Shown here: in pieces, positions 11,931 to 25,928 of the stretch
Layout: the number at the start of each line of letters is the position of its first letter
Numbering within the stretch: position 1 is the stretch's first letter
Assembly: GCA_964016885.1 (NCBI GenBank)
Contig: OZ024751.1
Span: forward strand, 38,688,001 to 38,752,000
Direction: 5' to 3'
DNA length: 64,000 nucleotides
Source of the DNA: Eledone cirrhosa
Taxonomy: Eukaryota
Program-made: the position numbers and the translations under genes
The notes under the pieces: generated by a model
Told to the model about the DNA's origin: nothing
Database searches by the model: none
Seen by the model: only the letters and a program-made list of their open reading frames with translations

Positions 11931-14900
11931 TTTATTGCTAATATTCCCATCGTTATTACTACTATTATTTTTAATATTCAATATTAATTCTATTAATATT
12001 ATTGATATTTTATTCATTACTGTTATTATTGTTATCATTGTTAATATTATTATTATTTACTTTTCGGTGTTATCGTCGTTTTTGTCGGTAATAACTTTAT
12101 CAAATTATGTTCCTTCTTAATTTAATTATCCGATTTCTTGCCTTTGATGTATTCTATGAAATATCATCGGAATAGCCTTTTTAATTGTTAACTAAAAATT
12201 TTTTTCATGGCTTAAATTAATGTGATCTTGCAACAGTTCTTAGACAATCATTTGTATAGCGTTCAAGCTGGTATTATCACTTATTCTATCAACATCTACA
12301 TTGAAAACTAGCAATAATATTTCGAATATTTTTATGTACAAGTCAATAAATATTTCTGGGAAAGTGATTTTGTAGTATTGCTCCATAGAATTCGATATCA
12401 CTAAATAATGTATTGGTTTCTGTTTGTGTTTTTTGTGTCTTTTTTCGTCTTTTTCCCAAATATACACAAAATCCAATAAACCTGATACGGAAGTAGAAAA
12501 CCAATAACTTCCAGACAGAAAAAAAAAGAAATAAAGAAATATATAAATGTTCTTAAAGTTAAAATAAATAACATATGGTCTGAATATAGGATGTCTTGTA
12601 GTGTGTCGTATAAGTAATATTTCAGTCGCGGTTCTGTTTATGTTCTGTTTCATATAAGTTCTCTGTAACTAATGATTTCCTTCGTATGTACCTTAGGGCA
12701 AGTTGAATGTATGTTTACAGTACACTTGCAACTCTTTCGAAGGCCATGAACGATACAAATATACATTTAACCTCTTGTCCAAACATATTCACCATTTAAA
12801 GATTTGTAGTATATATATATATAAAAGAATGTTTTGGTAAATCTCACTCAAAATCTTTGTTCAGCTTTGTTTAGGCTACTCAAATCAATCATGGCCTCAT
12901 CTGGATGCAATCCATATATGAAACATGATGGTTAAATTTAGATGGATGTTTAGGAAATGAGTGTTAAATACTCCGCACAAAAATAAATAATTATGAATAG
13001 ATATTACCTTACAGAGCTTATTCAAAACAAATGATGTTCTGTTATAATAGTATTACTGATTAAGGGATATCAAAGTTATGATACCTGCATGGTTTCCTGA
13101 AATACATACTAACCATGGCAGATGGGATTAACACTGGATCACGATAACAATCACAAAAGTAGTTAATTAGACATAACTGACCATCGCAAATAGTGATACA
13201 TACTGAGTTAGTGTCTCGCCGGCAGAAAAGCCTGGGCTGATTGTTGGAATTCTACTTCTCCAATATACACACTTTCCATCTGTTCTTGTATCTAGTGCTA
13301 CCCACATTTATCTTTGCACATCAATGATTCCGCTTTATTCTGAACTTCTTCCTATCTACTTTATCTTGTCATTCAGAGAGAAAGACAAGATTGAGTAAAT
13401 AGCGTTTGAAACCTCAAATTTCTTTTCCTCCGAGTCCTTTTCTTTCATATGACATTCACACCATTCGCTTAAAAGACTAACCGAGAACAGGATTATTTAC
13501 ATTACGAATAATAAAACTGAAGGGAAAGTCATGTTATGCCTCTGTTTCTTTAGTCTTTCAAATCTATTTCTCTCGACCATTGACATCACATAATTTTAAA
13601 TCATATTGTAATAGCTTCTATCTGACGTTCTAATGAACATCATAGTGCCACCTTACATAACAGAATACAGTTATTAATCAATGCAAAAAGCATATATTAT
13701 AAATCCTTGTTTTATTACAATATACTATGAATATTATGAACTCATTTCATTATTAATAATTTATATATTAACTCGCTGACTACGAACAAATCCTATGGTT
13801 TAATTGGAAATAACCTGCTAAGTATTAAATGTCAATATGACTTTCTAAGTATTTTATGTATGAAATACACAAAGATTCAAATAATACAACTGCCCGAGAT
13901 ATGAAGAAAAGATTTCAACGTACACCAATACAAACATACACGTACATACACACTCCCACTATTTTTTTCTAGGGAGACGAACATTTTACATGAAATTTAG
14001 AACAACTTTAACATAATAGATAGATAATATACAATATTAAATTTTAGAAATAAAAAAAACAAAACAAATGTAATTGTTTTATCTCATAGGTAGATAAATG
14101 CGTGACAGATATCCACGTACACACATATACGTACGTGACTCTGTGTGTGTGTCTGTGAGTGTTTGTAATATTTTGAAAAATATATAAATATATGCGTAAT
14201 GTATGAATGTTTAACATATCTATGTATTCATTTATACAAGTGAATATCTAAGCAGAAACATATGCCTACATCAGTGTGTTTGTATATAGGTGCATATCAA
14301 TAAATATGTTTTCCGCAAGCATTCATAAAAATACATGCATTTATGTAAACACACACACACATTGTCCCACTGTGGCCAAAGTAGTGTTAAGCCAGTGTGA
14401 AATCACACACACTCACAGGTACATACACACACACACATACACTCATTATTGAAAGTGAAGAAATATTTCTGTCTTAGGAAAATATAAATAGTTATGCTAA
14501 AAGAAAAAAGAATACAATAGGTTAGTTTTACGTAAACACAGCATTATTTGTACAAATAAACTTTTGCAATAAATGTTAAAGTTCAGTACAACACTAGTAA
14601 CTAAAAGAAATTATCTAAAATAAAGCATTTATTTAAACAAACCATGTTTCTTCAGTGACCTTTTTGTTTAAAAACGCTTTTGTATCTAACAATGTTGAAT
14701 GATAAAAATGGAGATATGTTATATGAGATGTTTTCAAAAAGGGGAGAAACAACTATAAAAACAAGTTTGAAAATGAAACTGAAATAAACTTCAGAACTCC
14801 TTGAAAGTATAAAAAGTATAAAATTATATTTTATGATACAGTAAAAAAAAAACATATGTAAAGATTACAGCAAAATAAAGACAACGAATTCTGTTCATCT

Positions 14901-15970
14901 GAATATTTTAATTCTGTCATGAGGCTTTTCTTGAATATTTCGTTGTTCATGTATATATTATATATTTATTATTCCTTGCTAAAATAAAACGCAGAAAATA
15001 TATGGAAAACTTTCAATAGCCGTCTTGCCTGAATACAAGTGTATTTTGTGAAATTATATTCAATTTGTTTCTTTCTTTATCGGGCGATTGAGAAAAAAAA
15101 ATTTAATGTTAACTGAAACTCCGGCAACATCGACAGATAAAATCGGAAGCACCATCGTTTCTGAAACCTAACTTCAAATTCCTTTATGATTGCAATATAA
15201 ATATGTTATATAAAAAATGTTATGTTTCTAATCGAACACATTTATATTAACTCATATGTAAGAATAATTTAAGAATAATTTATATTTGCATGAAATGGCG
15301 AATTTACACAACTAATATAAAATATGTTAAAAGTATGTTAACTTACATATTCATGATTAATCTATAATTGCATGTTCTGGAGAAAGTTGATATTTTAATC
15401 AGGAATTTCGAAAGACATAATCGAACACACGTACAATATGTTTAAATCAGATATGATGAATTTTGTTGAAACTCTTGATGCACACCTGCGGACGGTGCTA
15501 TGAAACAAAACAGCCAATTTTAAAGCGATTCTATTCAAATTCAAATCTTCGAACGCAATTTGATTAAAAACCTTTCTTTTATGTTAAGCTGAATAAGCTA
15601 CGAGTAGTAAATCCCTCCATTTTCTTAGTTCATTCAATTGTATTTCAGGAGAAATATGATTAGGAAAGTTAATGTATTGCGAAAAAGTTTAAGTTTTAGA
15701 AACAGTGATTGTATAAGATAAAATAAATCCTTTCCCTTCAAAAATGAATAGAAGTGGATTATTGGGGCGCAGATATAACAATGTATTTGTAAGAGAGCTG
15801 ACACGTAAATATAATTTTTACAAAAAGTATGAACGATATCATATTAGATAGTAATCTCTCACCATCGCCGTACATTATGAATAAATATATATATATATAC
15901 GTATATATACATACGTATATATACATACGTATATATACATACGTATATATACATACGTATATATATATAC

Positions 15971-16012
<42 letters not shown>

Positions 16013-16074
16013 GGCTGTTTTTTACTCCATCTTTTCCCGCACATTCTTCTTCTCATTCTTTATCTTTCCATTCT

Positions 16075-16112
16075 ATTTACTGAAAAAGGACTAGTGTCTG
16101 AAACGTTAAAAT
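16075..16112 (+). other. Degenerate minimal hammerhead-like motif
   Basis: CUGAAAA-aggac-uagu-gucu-GAAA-CG-UU. Has a stem II and the palindromic ACGU stem III typical of minimal PLE hammerheads, but G8>A and a poor stem I. Confidence 0.3.
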
Positions 16113-16219
16113 CCTTTTCCTTTTATTTCAAGTGTTAAACTAATATAGTTTCGTTTGTTATTTCTGTTTAGTTTTATACAGACACGCACACACACATAAA
16201 TATATATATATAAATATAT

Positions 16220-16258
<39 letters not shown>

Positions 16259-16375
16259 GGAGAAAGTATGACCCCGACAGCAGAGCTCAAGCCGTTTCGA
16301 CTGCTATTTCCGGACTAAAGTAAGAGTTGTTTTAGTCTGGTAAATAAATAGCCGAATTTTTCAAGGGATTCTTCC
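16259..16375 (-). ncRNA. Family A hammerhead fold with UUGAAAA core and ~60-nt stem II
   Basis: Minus strand: ggaag-a-auccc-UUGAAAA-[cggcuauuu..ccagacuaaa..uuuaguccgg-aaauagc]-GAAA-cggc..gcug-UC/ggggu-caua-cuuuc. Stem I has an internal bulge; predicted cut between 16276 and 16275. Confidence 0.6.
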
Positions 16376-16585
16376 TTATATGGGAAGATTGTAGTTGTCA
16401 AGAGGATTGGTCAAAATTATTTACCAGACTAAAAAACTCTTACTTTAGTCCAGAAATACCCGTCGAAACGGCTTGAGCTCTGCCGTCGGGGTCATATTTT
16501 CTCCTATTACCCACTCTACTACCCTAAGTATTTAGTACTCTGGTACGTTTTGGTCCATCTGGTTCCTTACCACAACTCCTTCGTT
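16259..16585 (+). mobile_element. Family A element, copy A2 (longest)
   Basis: (TA)n - inverted arm 16259-~16417 - forward arm 16418-16504 - tail 16505-16585 - (TA)n. The arms pair over ~87 bp. Confidence 0.85.
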
Positions 16586-16588
16586 ATA

Positions 16589-16641
<53 letters not shown>

Positions 16642-16930
16642 CATGAATAGGATATTTACTTACATAATTCATCCTTTCTACCGCAATATGTTGGAATAAG
16701 AATTATATAAAATGGAACTAAATTGATATAATAGATAATCCTCTCGTCGTAGGTAAATCTAACTTACTGTCTTCTATTGAGAAATAAATAATGTATCATT
16801 TAAAATGAAAAACGTTGCAATTCAAGTCTGGCGATATTCGAAAAGCTGATTAAATTTTAATAGATATTTCATGTGGTGGAACTTTAACAAGTAGCTATCT
16901 AATTGCCATCTGAATATTATACATACATAC

Positions 16931-17056
<126 letters not shown>

Positions 17057-17073
17057 AATACTTAAATACATAT

Positions 17074-17111
<38 letters not shown>

Positions 17112-17191
17112 CGAAAAGATATGTATTTATGTGAGCGTTTATGTATTAAACATACATACATAATATATATATATATACATAAATACATATA

Positions 17192-17281
<90 letters not shown>

Positions 17282-18875
17282 GAAAATATGTATTTATGTA
17301 AGCGTTTATGTATGTGAGTAAGTAGGTATATACAAAATGGACAATTAGATAGATTCGTAGTTAGATTAAGATTCTTAACGCTTCATAACCAAATCAAAAC
17401 ATTTACAAAGATATCCAATCTATTTTAAATGTTCTCTTTCGAAAGAAACAATTATAACGAATTCTGAACATCGCATTTTTACAAAACCCATGAAATTGAA
17501 GATATGAACAGCTTGATGGGTAATTTGTCTACATCTATTCTAAGCAGATGTGTGTTACCTATATAGCAAACGCTGAAACATGACGTTATTTTACATTACT
17601 GAGGCTTTATGGGGAACAATAGAAGAGGCATGTTGGCAAAAATTTCAACATTACAAATTCGGCAACATGTGATGTGGAATTCGAAAGGCAGCATGCAGGC
17701 TCTTTGATCTTTTCATTTTTATCTCTATTATTTTAAAAGTCGATACGTTGTGATTTGCATGTTTGTTTGTTTGTCTATTGTGCATTTCTACATCTCTAAT
17801 GGAACGCATTCCAAGGTATATGTGTGTGTGTGTGTGACAGAGAGATACATATATATACATACAGAGATAGATAAAGAAACAGAGATACAGAATGAGAGAG
17901 AGATTAAAATCTACGCGTTCGTTGCAAAATGTTTTTGATCATTTTATCTGTTAGTGAGATTCAATGATAAATTTTCTTTTATTCTTAAAAAAATATATAA
18001 AAAATATGTATATTATCGTCTGCTGTCTTTCATATTAAAACCCTTAATGTTCTTCTACAATAGGAGATTCTCTTTTGAATTCTATAATACATATGCGTTT
18101 CGAAATAATTTTATTGAATTAAGCTTTAGTGCATATTCCTCTTTGATTTATCAGACAAAATTTCTGTTTTTATTCGAACAAATAGTAAATAGAATTGAAT
18201 TATACACAAAGAATGTAAGAAGTAATGACAAATAAAAATTGAAAGAAAAAAATAATAAATAGAACACAGGCGTTGGTCTATACAAAAAATAACGTATTAT
18301 AGCTTTCATTTACATGTTTCCAATTCTTACTTTTTTTTTTTTTCGTTTCGTTACATTTTATTATTTTTACTTTTGTTTCGTTTCATCAAAAAGTTATTAT
18401 GAAGTGGAGCATGTTATGTTTGCGTATGATTATCTTTATGACAACATTTGCAATGAAAAACTATAACGATCCAAATCACAATTGTTCAAATGTTTAACAC
18501 GTAATACACATTCCACACCACTTTTTAATTTTTTTATATATATATATTGTTTTTATTTTAGTTGGGTAAAACTCTAGATAATAGCGTGTCTGGCTGACGT
18601 CAATGTTTGCATGAAATGGAAAGCTGTACTTGCAATTCTTACGAATAAAATGTAATTAGAGAAGTATATATTACTTAAGCTAAGACAATTATTAGGAAGG
18701 GAATATTGAAGACAGTAGCCGCACCATAAAATAGGAAAAAAATGAATATATTTCAATGATAAAGGAATAGAGATAAATAAATATATAGATGTTTTTTTCA
18801 CAGAACCATAAAGAATAATTGTTCAATGCAGAGACACACAAATATTTATGCATAAACAAATAAATAAATAAATAT

Positions 18876-18972
<97 letters not shown>

Positions 18973-19299
18973 CACACACATATATATATATAGATATATA
19001 TATATATTGATATGTACAACAATATTAATACATATATATGCATATGTAAATATATGTATATGTATATATACATACATATATATATACACAAACATACACC
19101 TCCCACACATACTTACAGACACAAATGTTTACATTAATTACCGCCAGCTAGATAAATTTCACCAAGAGTTCTAAGCATAAGTTCAAATAGAAAATTAAAA
19201 AATATTCCAGGCTAAGTCATGAAAACACAATTTGAACGACTAAAAATATATACGTAGAGCTAAATCCTCTTGGATAAAAGAAGGGACTCTTCGTTCATA

Positions 19300-19600
19300 A
19301 ATGGCCAAGGGATTTGAATATAGAAAGTTTCCTTTCAAAGACACAAGTCCGGGCAAGTGGCTTTGAGAAAGACCAGCAGTCACCCTGCATCAAAGTATCC
19401 CCGTTCCACGACAGAAATATTATCCAAGGAGAAAAAGGAAAGCAAAAGCCAATAGATATTAGCATCAGTGACCTTTTATCTCATTTCTACAACTGGGTGA
19501 ACTGCAAAAACATGAAATTGTGTATCTTGCTGAAGACTACAATGCATCATCTTGTTCGGGAATCGAACGCACAAGCTCACGATTGTGAATCCGCCGCGCC
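19300..19600 (-). mobile_element. tRNA-derived SINE (family 2)
   Basis: aactgggtgaactg...catgaaattg.gtatcttgctgaag...gggaatcgaac (reverse B-box) ...cacgattgtgaatc. Similar to 40390-40595 and 48440-48595. Confidence 0.6.
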
Positions 19601-19938
19601 TACACACACACACTAACATACACATAATATATATGTATCATAGCTTGACCGATAATCAAGCTTAAAGATTTTTTGATGAGGTATAAGCTTGATCTATGGG
19701 CATTTTATCATATAATATAATCTACAGTTTACTTTATGTATCGTCATACTAGATGTAACTAGTAACATGGTAACCCTCCCTCATATGCGTGTGTGTGTGT
19801 GTGTGTGTGATTGTACCTTTCTATATGGGTGTGTGAAGTCATGTGAGTGCGTTTGTAAAATGCTTCTCAGTTACAGTATCAGTTTACACAGACACATATA
19901 TATATATATTTGTATATATATATACACACACACACATA

Positions 19939-19988
<50 letters not shown>

Positions 19989-20484
19989 CATACACACACA
20001 TAATATACATATATACACAAGTGAGTCTGCCAAAATTGAAAACCAAATTTTAACATGTCCGTTATAGCATATCATATTTCTTTTATGTATTAATGTTGAT
20101 ATCCCGCCATATCTGACAGAAGTAATAAATAACTTCCTGTACGTGTGGCACGTATGCTTTAAAGATTGCACGGATATACATTTGCCTTTATAAAAGAATG
20201 TCTAATCATAAAGACTCTATTAATTTTGTGCACCTCCATTATCTACCAGGTTTTTAATAATGCACCTGTTATAGAGATATAATGGATTGTTTGGGCTGGT
20301 TTTGCGGACAGTAGGACTCACAGTGACAAGGGAGAATGGTCGGGGTGAAGCGAGTGCCTGATGAGTAATCTATGTCAAAACTAGTAGAATCTGGCAGTTT
20401 ACGTCAAGGTAAATTCGAAAAGATATTCTTGTTTGATAATCATCATATGATAATTGAACTGACACACAGTCACATATATAATTA

Positions 20485-20584
20485 CATGATGTCCTCCAAA
20501 AATGTATACACACTTCAATATCATTCTAATATATATTGCCTGTACAAGTAATCAAAGTGTGTATACATTTTTTGGTGACACCCA
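20485..20584 (-). mobile_element. Tc1/mariner-type MITE (copy 2)
   Basis: TIRs ...gtcctccaaaaatgtatacacac / gtgtgtatacattttttggtgacaccc; the interior is the reverse complement of copy 1. Confidence 0.7.
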
Positions 20585-20663
20585 AATAATAGGAGGATGT
20601 AATAAGCGGGGTGGGGGTGGGGGTTCTGATTGTAGGAAGTAATCGGCATGGTTGACTCCATCG

Positions 20664-21002
20664 CATGCGCAGAGAAGACAAAAATATAAACAAATAAATA
20701 AATAAATAAACAGACTAAATAAAGATGGCGGAGGCAGACAATGCAACGGGAGGAAACATAATAGTACCACTGACGATGTTGCAGATGTGCAACGAAAGAA
20801 CTTTGATAGACTATATATATGTATTTGTGTCTATATTGTATCTGTATTTTTGACCGTTGGTCAGTCAATGATAACATTGAGGACCGAATAAATTAAATTA
20901 ACCGATATAAAAGACACAGAAGCGAAAACCAACCAAACAGTGAGTGAGTTCTGTTATTAATTCTGGCAATATTATTACACAAATATGACCCTCCCCAAGT
21001 AT

Positions 21003-21008
<6 letters not shown>
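20664..21008 (+). mobile_element. Family C element, copy C1, ending in (TA)n, with hammerhead-like core
   Basis: Near-identical to 47030-47378. Contains CTGACGA-T-GTTGCA-gatg-TGCAAC-GAAA (20770-20797) and ends atgaccctccccaagtataacaat-(AT)n. Confidence 0.8.
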
Positions 21009-21040
<32 letters not shown>

Positions 21041-21042
<2 letters not shown>

Positions 21043-21278
21043 CGTTTCTGAATTTGTTTAGCAAGATTCTTTATCTGAAATCGTGTGTTGAAACCGATAT
21101 TGTTATACTTTGGGAGGGTCATGTTGCCAATAAGAAACACACGCACCAGTTGCTTTCACTTCAATTTATTATATATTTATAAATTTATAAATTTACAAAT
21201 CTACAAACTTATAAATTTCTGAAGTGAAAGCAACTGGTGCGTGTGTTTCTTATTGGCAACATGACCCTCCCAAAGTAT

Positions 21279-21286
<8 letters not shown>
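21041..21286 (-). mobile_element. Family C' element: tail plus perfect 67-bp inverted arms, between (TA)n tracts
   Basis: Arms 21097-21163 and 21220-21286 are exact reverse complements; tail 21041-21096. The arm end atgaccctccc.aagtataacaat is shared with family C. Confidence 0.85.
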
Positions 21287-21346
<60 letters not shown>

Positions 21347-23084
21347 GGTGTTAGTTGTACATTCACAAATTATTTGTTTCATAGAGTTATGACTGTATTT
21401 GCCATTAATAAAATGTGTAGGTCCGTTTTCTTAACAACTAATCAGCAAATCATTATATAATTATAATATACTGTACTATAGCCATGTCATAATAATATAG
21501 TTTTCGAGCATTAATATAGACTAAAGCGTACTAAAAGAACCTAGATCACCACCATTCATGATGGCTTCGATTTTAATCATCGATCAATCAGTGAAAAGAA
21601 CTAGAATCTTGAGAAACAGAAATTTACTTATTTATCTTTTTTAATCCTTCGTTATATAGTCTAAGTTTTCGTCGCTTTGCTTTGAAATTCTAGACAACGT
21701 CATATTTCAATATTTCCTACTAAACAAAAAAAGCTATATCAAACCCTCTTACTAATATCCCTTTCTTTTGGTTATACTGCACGACACTCCATTCAAGGGT
21801 ATGAAATATTGGTTCTCACAAAAAAACTGTTGTAAGATACTTATGAAAATGTACAGACTTAAGATTAAAAGATTAAAACTTTCTTGACATTTTCATTCTT
21901 TTATCGAGAATATCTATGTTTTTACTAAAAAATTTGCTTCTTTAAATTTGTGAGTTTGAAGAATATTTTATAGAAAAAGCAGATTGTAACCCGCTTCTTT
22001 CTTTATCATCGAACACAAGCTAAAATTCTTTGAATCGCATATTTGCTTTTTCATGTACTTCGAAGAAATGTTGAAACGAACAAAAGTGAACAGACACTCT
22101 GCAAATATTATTTAGATAGTAAATAAGTGAAGAAAAAATGACAAGCCAATTTCAAATGTACATCAAAGTATAAATAATTTTGTTTGCCTTCTTCTCTTAA
22201 CGTAATAAAATTAGAAAGTTTCACGAATTTCTAACGGAATAACTGAAACGAGTAACCTGAAATTACACAGCATCTAGATACTGATAACTTGGACAAATAT
22301 TGTGAAAGGATGACAGGAGAAAATGCCGATGGGGGTTTGGTCGGATGATGAAGAATCGTAAAAGCTAATTCGAATGTAGTTTGAATTTGCAGATTAACCC
22401 CAGTTAATGGCTTCTTTTCAATTCAATTATTAGGCTATATCAAACATACCTTAAGCCATATCTTTTATTATCTTTATCATCACCTTTATCATTCTTACTA
22501 TTATTATCATTCTGCTTCTTCTTCTTCTTCTTATTATTATTATTGTTATTGTTATTGTTATTATTATTATTATTATTATTCAAAAGAGAAAATCTGATGT
22601 GAAATGAATATTATTATGCACGATTAATTTCCCAATCGTTGTTCTATTTCATCTTAAATAATACTCCATGAAATGCTTCTATTTTCTAATTCACCCAATA
22701 TTTGGCAATGGAATTTATTCAAAGCTATCTGCAACAACTACCAACTTGTTAATACGAACATTTTCTCTACAAGTTTTTACTTATTTAACTTAACGAAAGT
22801 AAATGTGCACAATAACGAAAGTAAATGTGCACAAATGTACATTAGTACGTGCAATATACAGAGAATACTCACTTTCGTAAGAGATTCAATAACAAACGAA
22901 AAAATAAAATCTTTCAACATTATTTACTTTCAAACTTTGGAAAGTAGTGATGGCTTATTATATTTTGACAAATTACAGGAATCACCTAACTTAATTGTAT
23001 TTTGATTATACCAGTCTAGGTTTAAGTGACTGACATTTTTAGCTGTTTTGTGAATATATGGAATATCTTAGTATTATAGCCGGA

Positions 23085-23230
23085 AAATTGACAAGATATT
23101 TAGAAGTTCGGATCTTACCATGGTTTGTTTTAGACGTTCCGGATATCACAGCTCTGAATTGAAATCCCGTCATTATCAACTTTGCCTTTCTACCTTTAAA
23201 TAGTAAAGTAGTTGCCTGGTAGTAGGTTCA
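23085..23230 (+). mobile_element. Family-1 SINE, degenerate
   Basis: ctctgaattgaaatcccg...caactttgcctttc..ccttt matches the family-1 body. Confidence 0.5.
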
Positions 23231-23231
23231 A

Positions 23232-23313
<82 letters not shown>

Positions 23314-23915
23314 GCTCTCTCTCTCTCTCTCTAAATTTCAACAATCTAAGCAAGCCAACTGCTAGATGAAGACATCAAACCTAGAATATGATGACCTTTC
23401 TCATTTAAAATTCCCAAAACACTGCGAAAATCCATGTATTCCCTCAGTAATATTTAATTTAGTATAATTTGTTAAGGTTTGTCTTATCCCAAATTCATAA
23501 TCATATCGTATGACGGGGATACATTTCTGAACCATCTTTAATAAATTCAATGTCTGAGAATAGCATTTAACTTCATTTTTATCATCTTGTTGTTCCCCAT
23601 GGAATTTCCTCAATTTTAACTCTGGTTTAATTGAAATGCAGTAAAGTGTGTGGTGTTTATTATACTGGTACGTGTGCGTATGCGCATGGTGTGCATAAGG
23701 TACTGTTTGTTTACATGGAGTACGTTTTATCCACCTCTCCTTATTATATTTTCCAATATTGTTTTTTTTTTTTTTTAAATAAATGTCTATGCCATTCAGT
23801 TTCTGTGGTATATCCAATGTATGTTGAGGGTTGATGTAACTGTTTATATTCTATTTTAGTTTGTCGAACTTTTACCCCATTAATAGACATTTTGTGTTCA
23901 GTTTTAAGATCCAGT

Positions 23916-23991
<76 letters not shown>

Positions 23992-23997
23992 TATATA

Positions 23998-24072
23998 CAA
24001 GGTGTCCTAAAAAAATATGCACATGTTTATTAGAATGCTGTTGGTGTATGTATACATTTTTTGGATACCTTG
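23998..24072 (+). mobile_element. Tc1/mariner-type MITE (copy 3, internally deleted)
   Basis: TA-caaggtgtcctaaaaaaatatgcaca ... tgtatacattttttggataccttg-TA; interior tttattagaatgct is shared with copy 1. Confidence 0.75.
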
Positions 24073-24482
24073 TATATATATATATATGTAAACATACACA
24101 CATACATACATGTATATATACACACACACACACACATATATACTATATATATACACACACAGCGGGAAATGTGTGTGTGTGTAATGAATTCTATTCAGTC
24201 TTCAATCACTTTCTATATAAAAGGTATATCACTATGATATCAATTAATCCAGGCATATAAATATTTTTTGTCTTTTACGGTGTAGATTCCAGTGAAGGCA
24301 CAAAATTTGTAATTAATTTTCTCTGTATTTCGTTCCCCGATTCATTTACTACCTGACAGGAAGTGGCGTGTATAATTAATCGATTTAATTAAACACTAAT
24401 TAAATATGTTTGATATACTCTACTCTGGCGCAAACATATATGCTTCAATATATATATTATATATTTATATACATAGATAGAT

Positions 24483-24625
<143 letters not shown>

Positions 24626-24868
24626 TATAGTTAGATATATATATATATATATATTTAGATAGATATATATAGAGAGAGATATATATATAGCTACATAGAT
24701 ATATCAATATATCGATATATATATATTGACAGGGAAAATAGAGAGAGAGGTAGATTGATAGATATCAATATATATATTTATATAAATATATATATATATC
24801 AAATATAAAGATATGTCTACGTGTGCATGGGTGTTTGTGCTGGCGTGCTATATACAAATACGAATGTG

Positions 24869-24918
<50 letters not shown>

Positions 24919-25280
24919 GACATTATGAGATCAGAGCACTTAACTTTGGTCACATAATTCTCCATAATTTAAACAGATTTCTATTATTAATAATATTAAT
25001 ATCAATATACTAATCATTATTATTATTTTTATAATCATAATTAGATTAAAAAACTTTATACTCGTTGTTACATTATTATATGATTAGAATTAGAAAAATA
25101 ATTTTTAATTTTATTAATTAATTATTGTTAATTATGAAAAAGAAAAGAACATATATGATGGATTATCAAAGACTAGGGATGTGCTTGTTTGTAATTAAAA
25201 GGGTTAATTGTATATTCTGAATTTTTTTATATATACAACCTAAAATTACACTATATATATATATATTTATATATATATAT

Positions 25281-25350
25281 GTTAGTTTCAGAAGATCCCG
25301 TTAAGGGTGAAAGCAGCGATTCTTTGCTTAAACTTTAATCTGTTATTTTA

Positions 25351-25356
<6 letters not shown>
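25281..25356 (+). mobile_element. Family B element, copy B1 (single arm) with CAGAAGA-core hammerhead fold
   Basis: Between (TA)n tracts: aguuu-CAGAAGA-uccc-guuaa-gggu-GAAA-gca..ugc-UU/aaacu, then AATAAA. Matches 28050-28124. Confidence 0.8.
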
Positions 25357-25449
<93 letters not shown>

Positions 25450-25518
25450 AGAAATGGCTGTGTAGTTGCTATTTATGGTAAATATACAGTATAAATTTAT
25501 ATATATATATACATATAT

Positions 25519-25566
<48 letters not shown>

Positions 25567-25928
25567 TTATAAATTAAATAGGTAGACGCTTATAAATACA
25601 CTACTACTGGTACTATAATTATTAATCAGAATAATATAATTAATTCATTATTAACGCTTATAGGAGTTCTGATGAATTACGTGATTATGAAATATAGACA
25701 ATAAAATATAGCGACTATCATCATCATCGCCATTATTCCCTTATCAAGACACCCTTTTATAAGTCATTACTTAATGCTAGACTATAGCGAGAACATCATG
25801 ACTAAAGTACCTTTCAGTGGTATCCAACTATTTTATCGATGCTTACCTCTCTCTCTCTCTCTCTGTATGTAAATATTATATATAGGTATATTTACAGGCC
25901 TACTCCTAATCATATATATATATATATA

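Noticed and set aside
20352-20392. CTGATGA...AAAACTAGTA hammerhead-like motif
   Set aside because: G12 is absent and stems I/II are not convincing; at most a decayed remnant.
25664-25700. CTGATGA...GAAATATA motif
   Set aside because: Only a 3-bp stem I, AT-rich context, single copy; compatible with chance.
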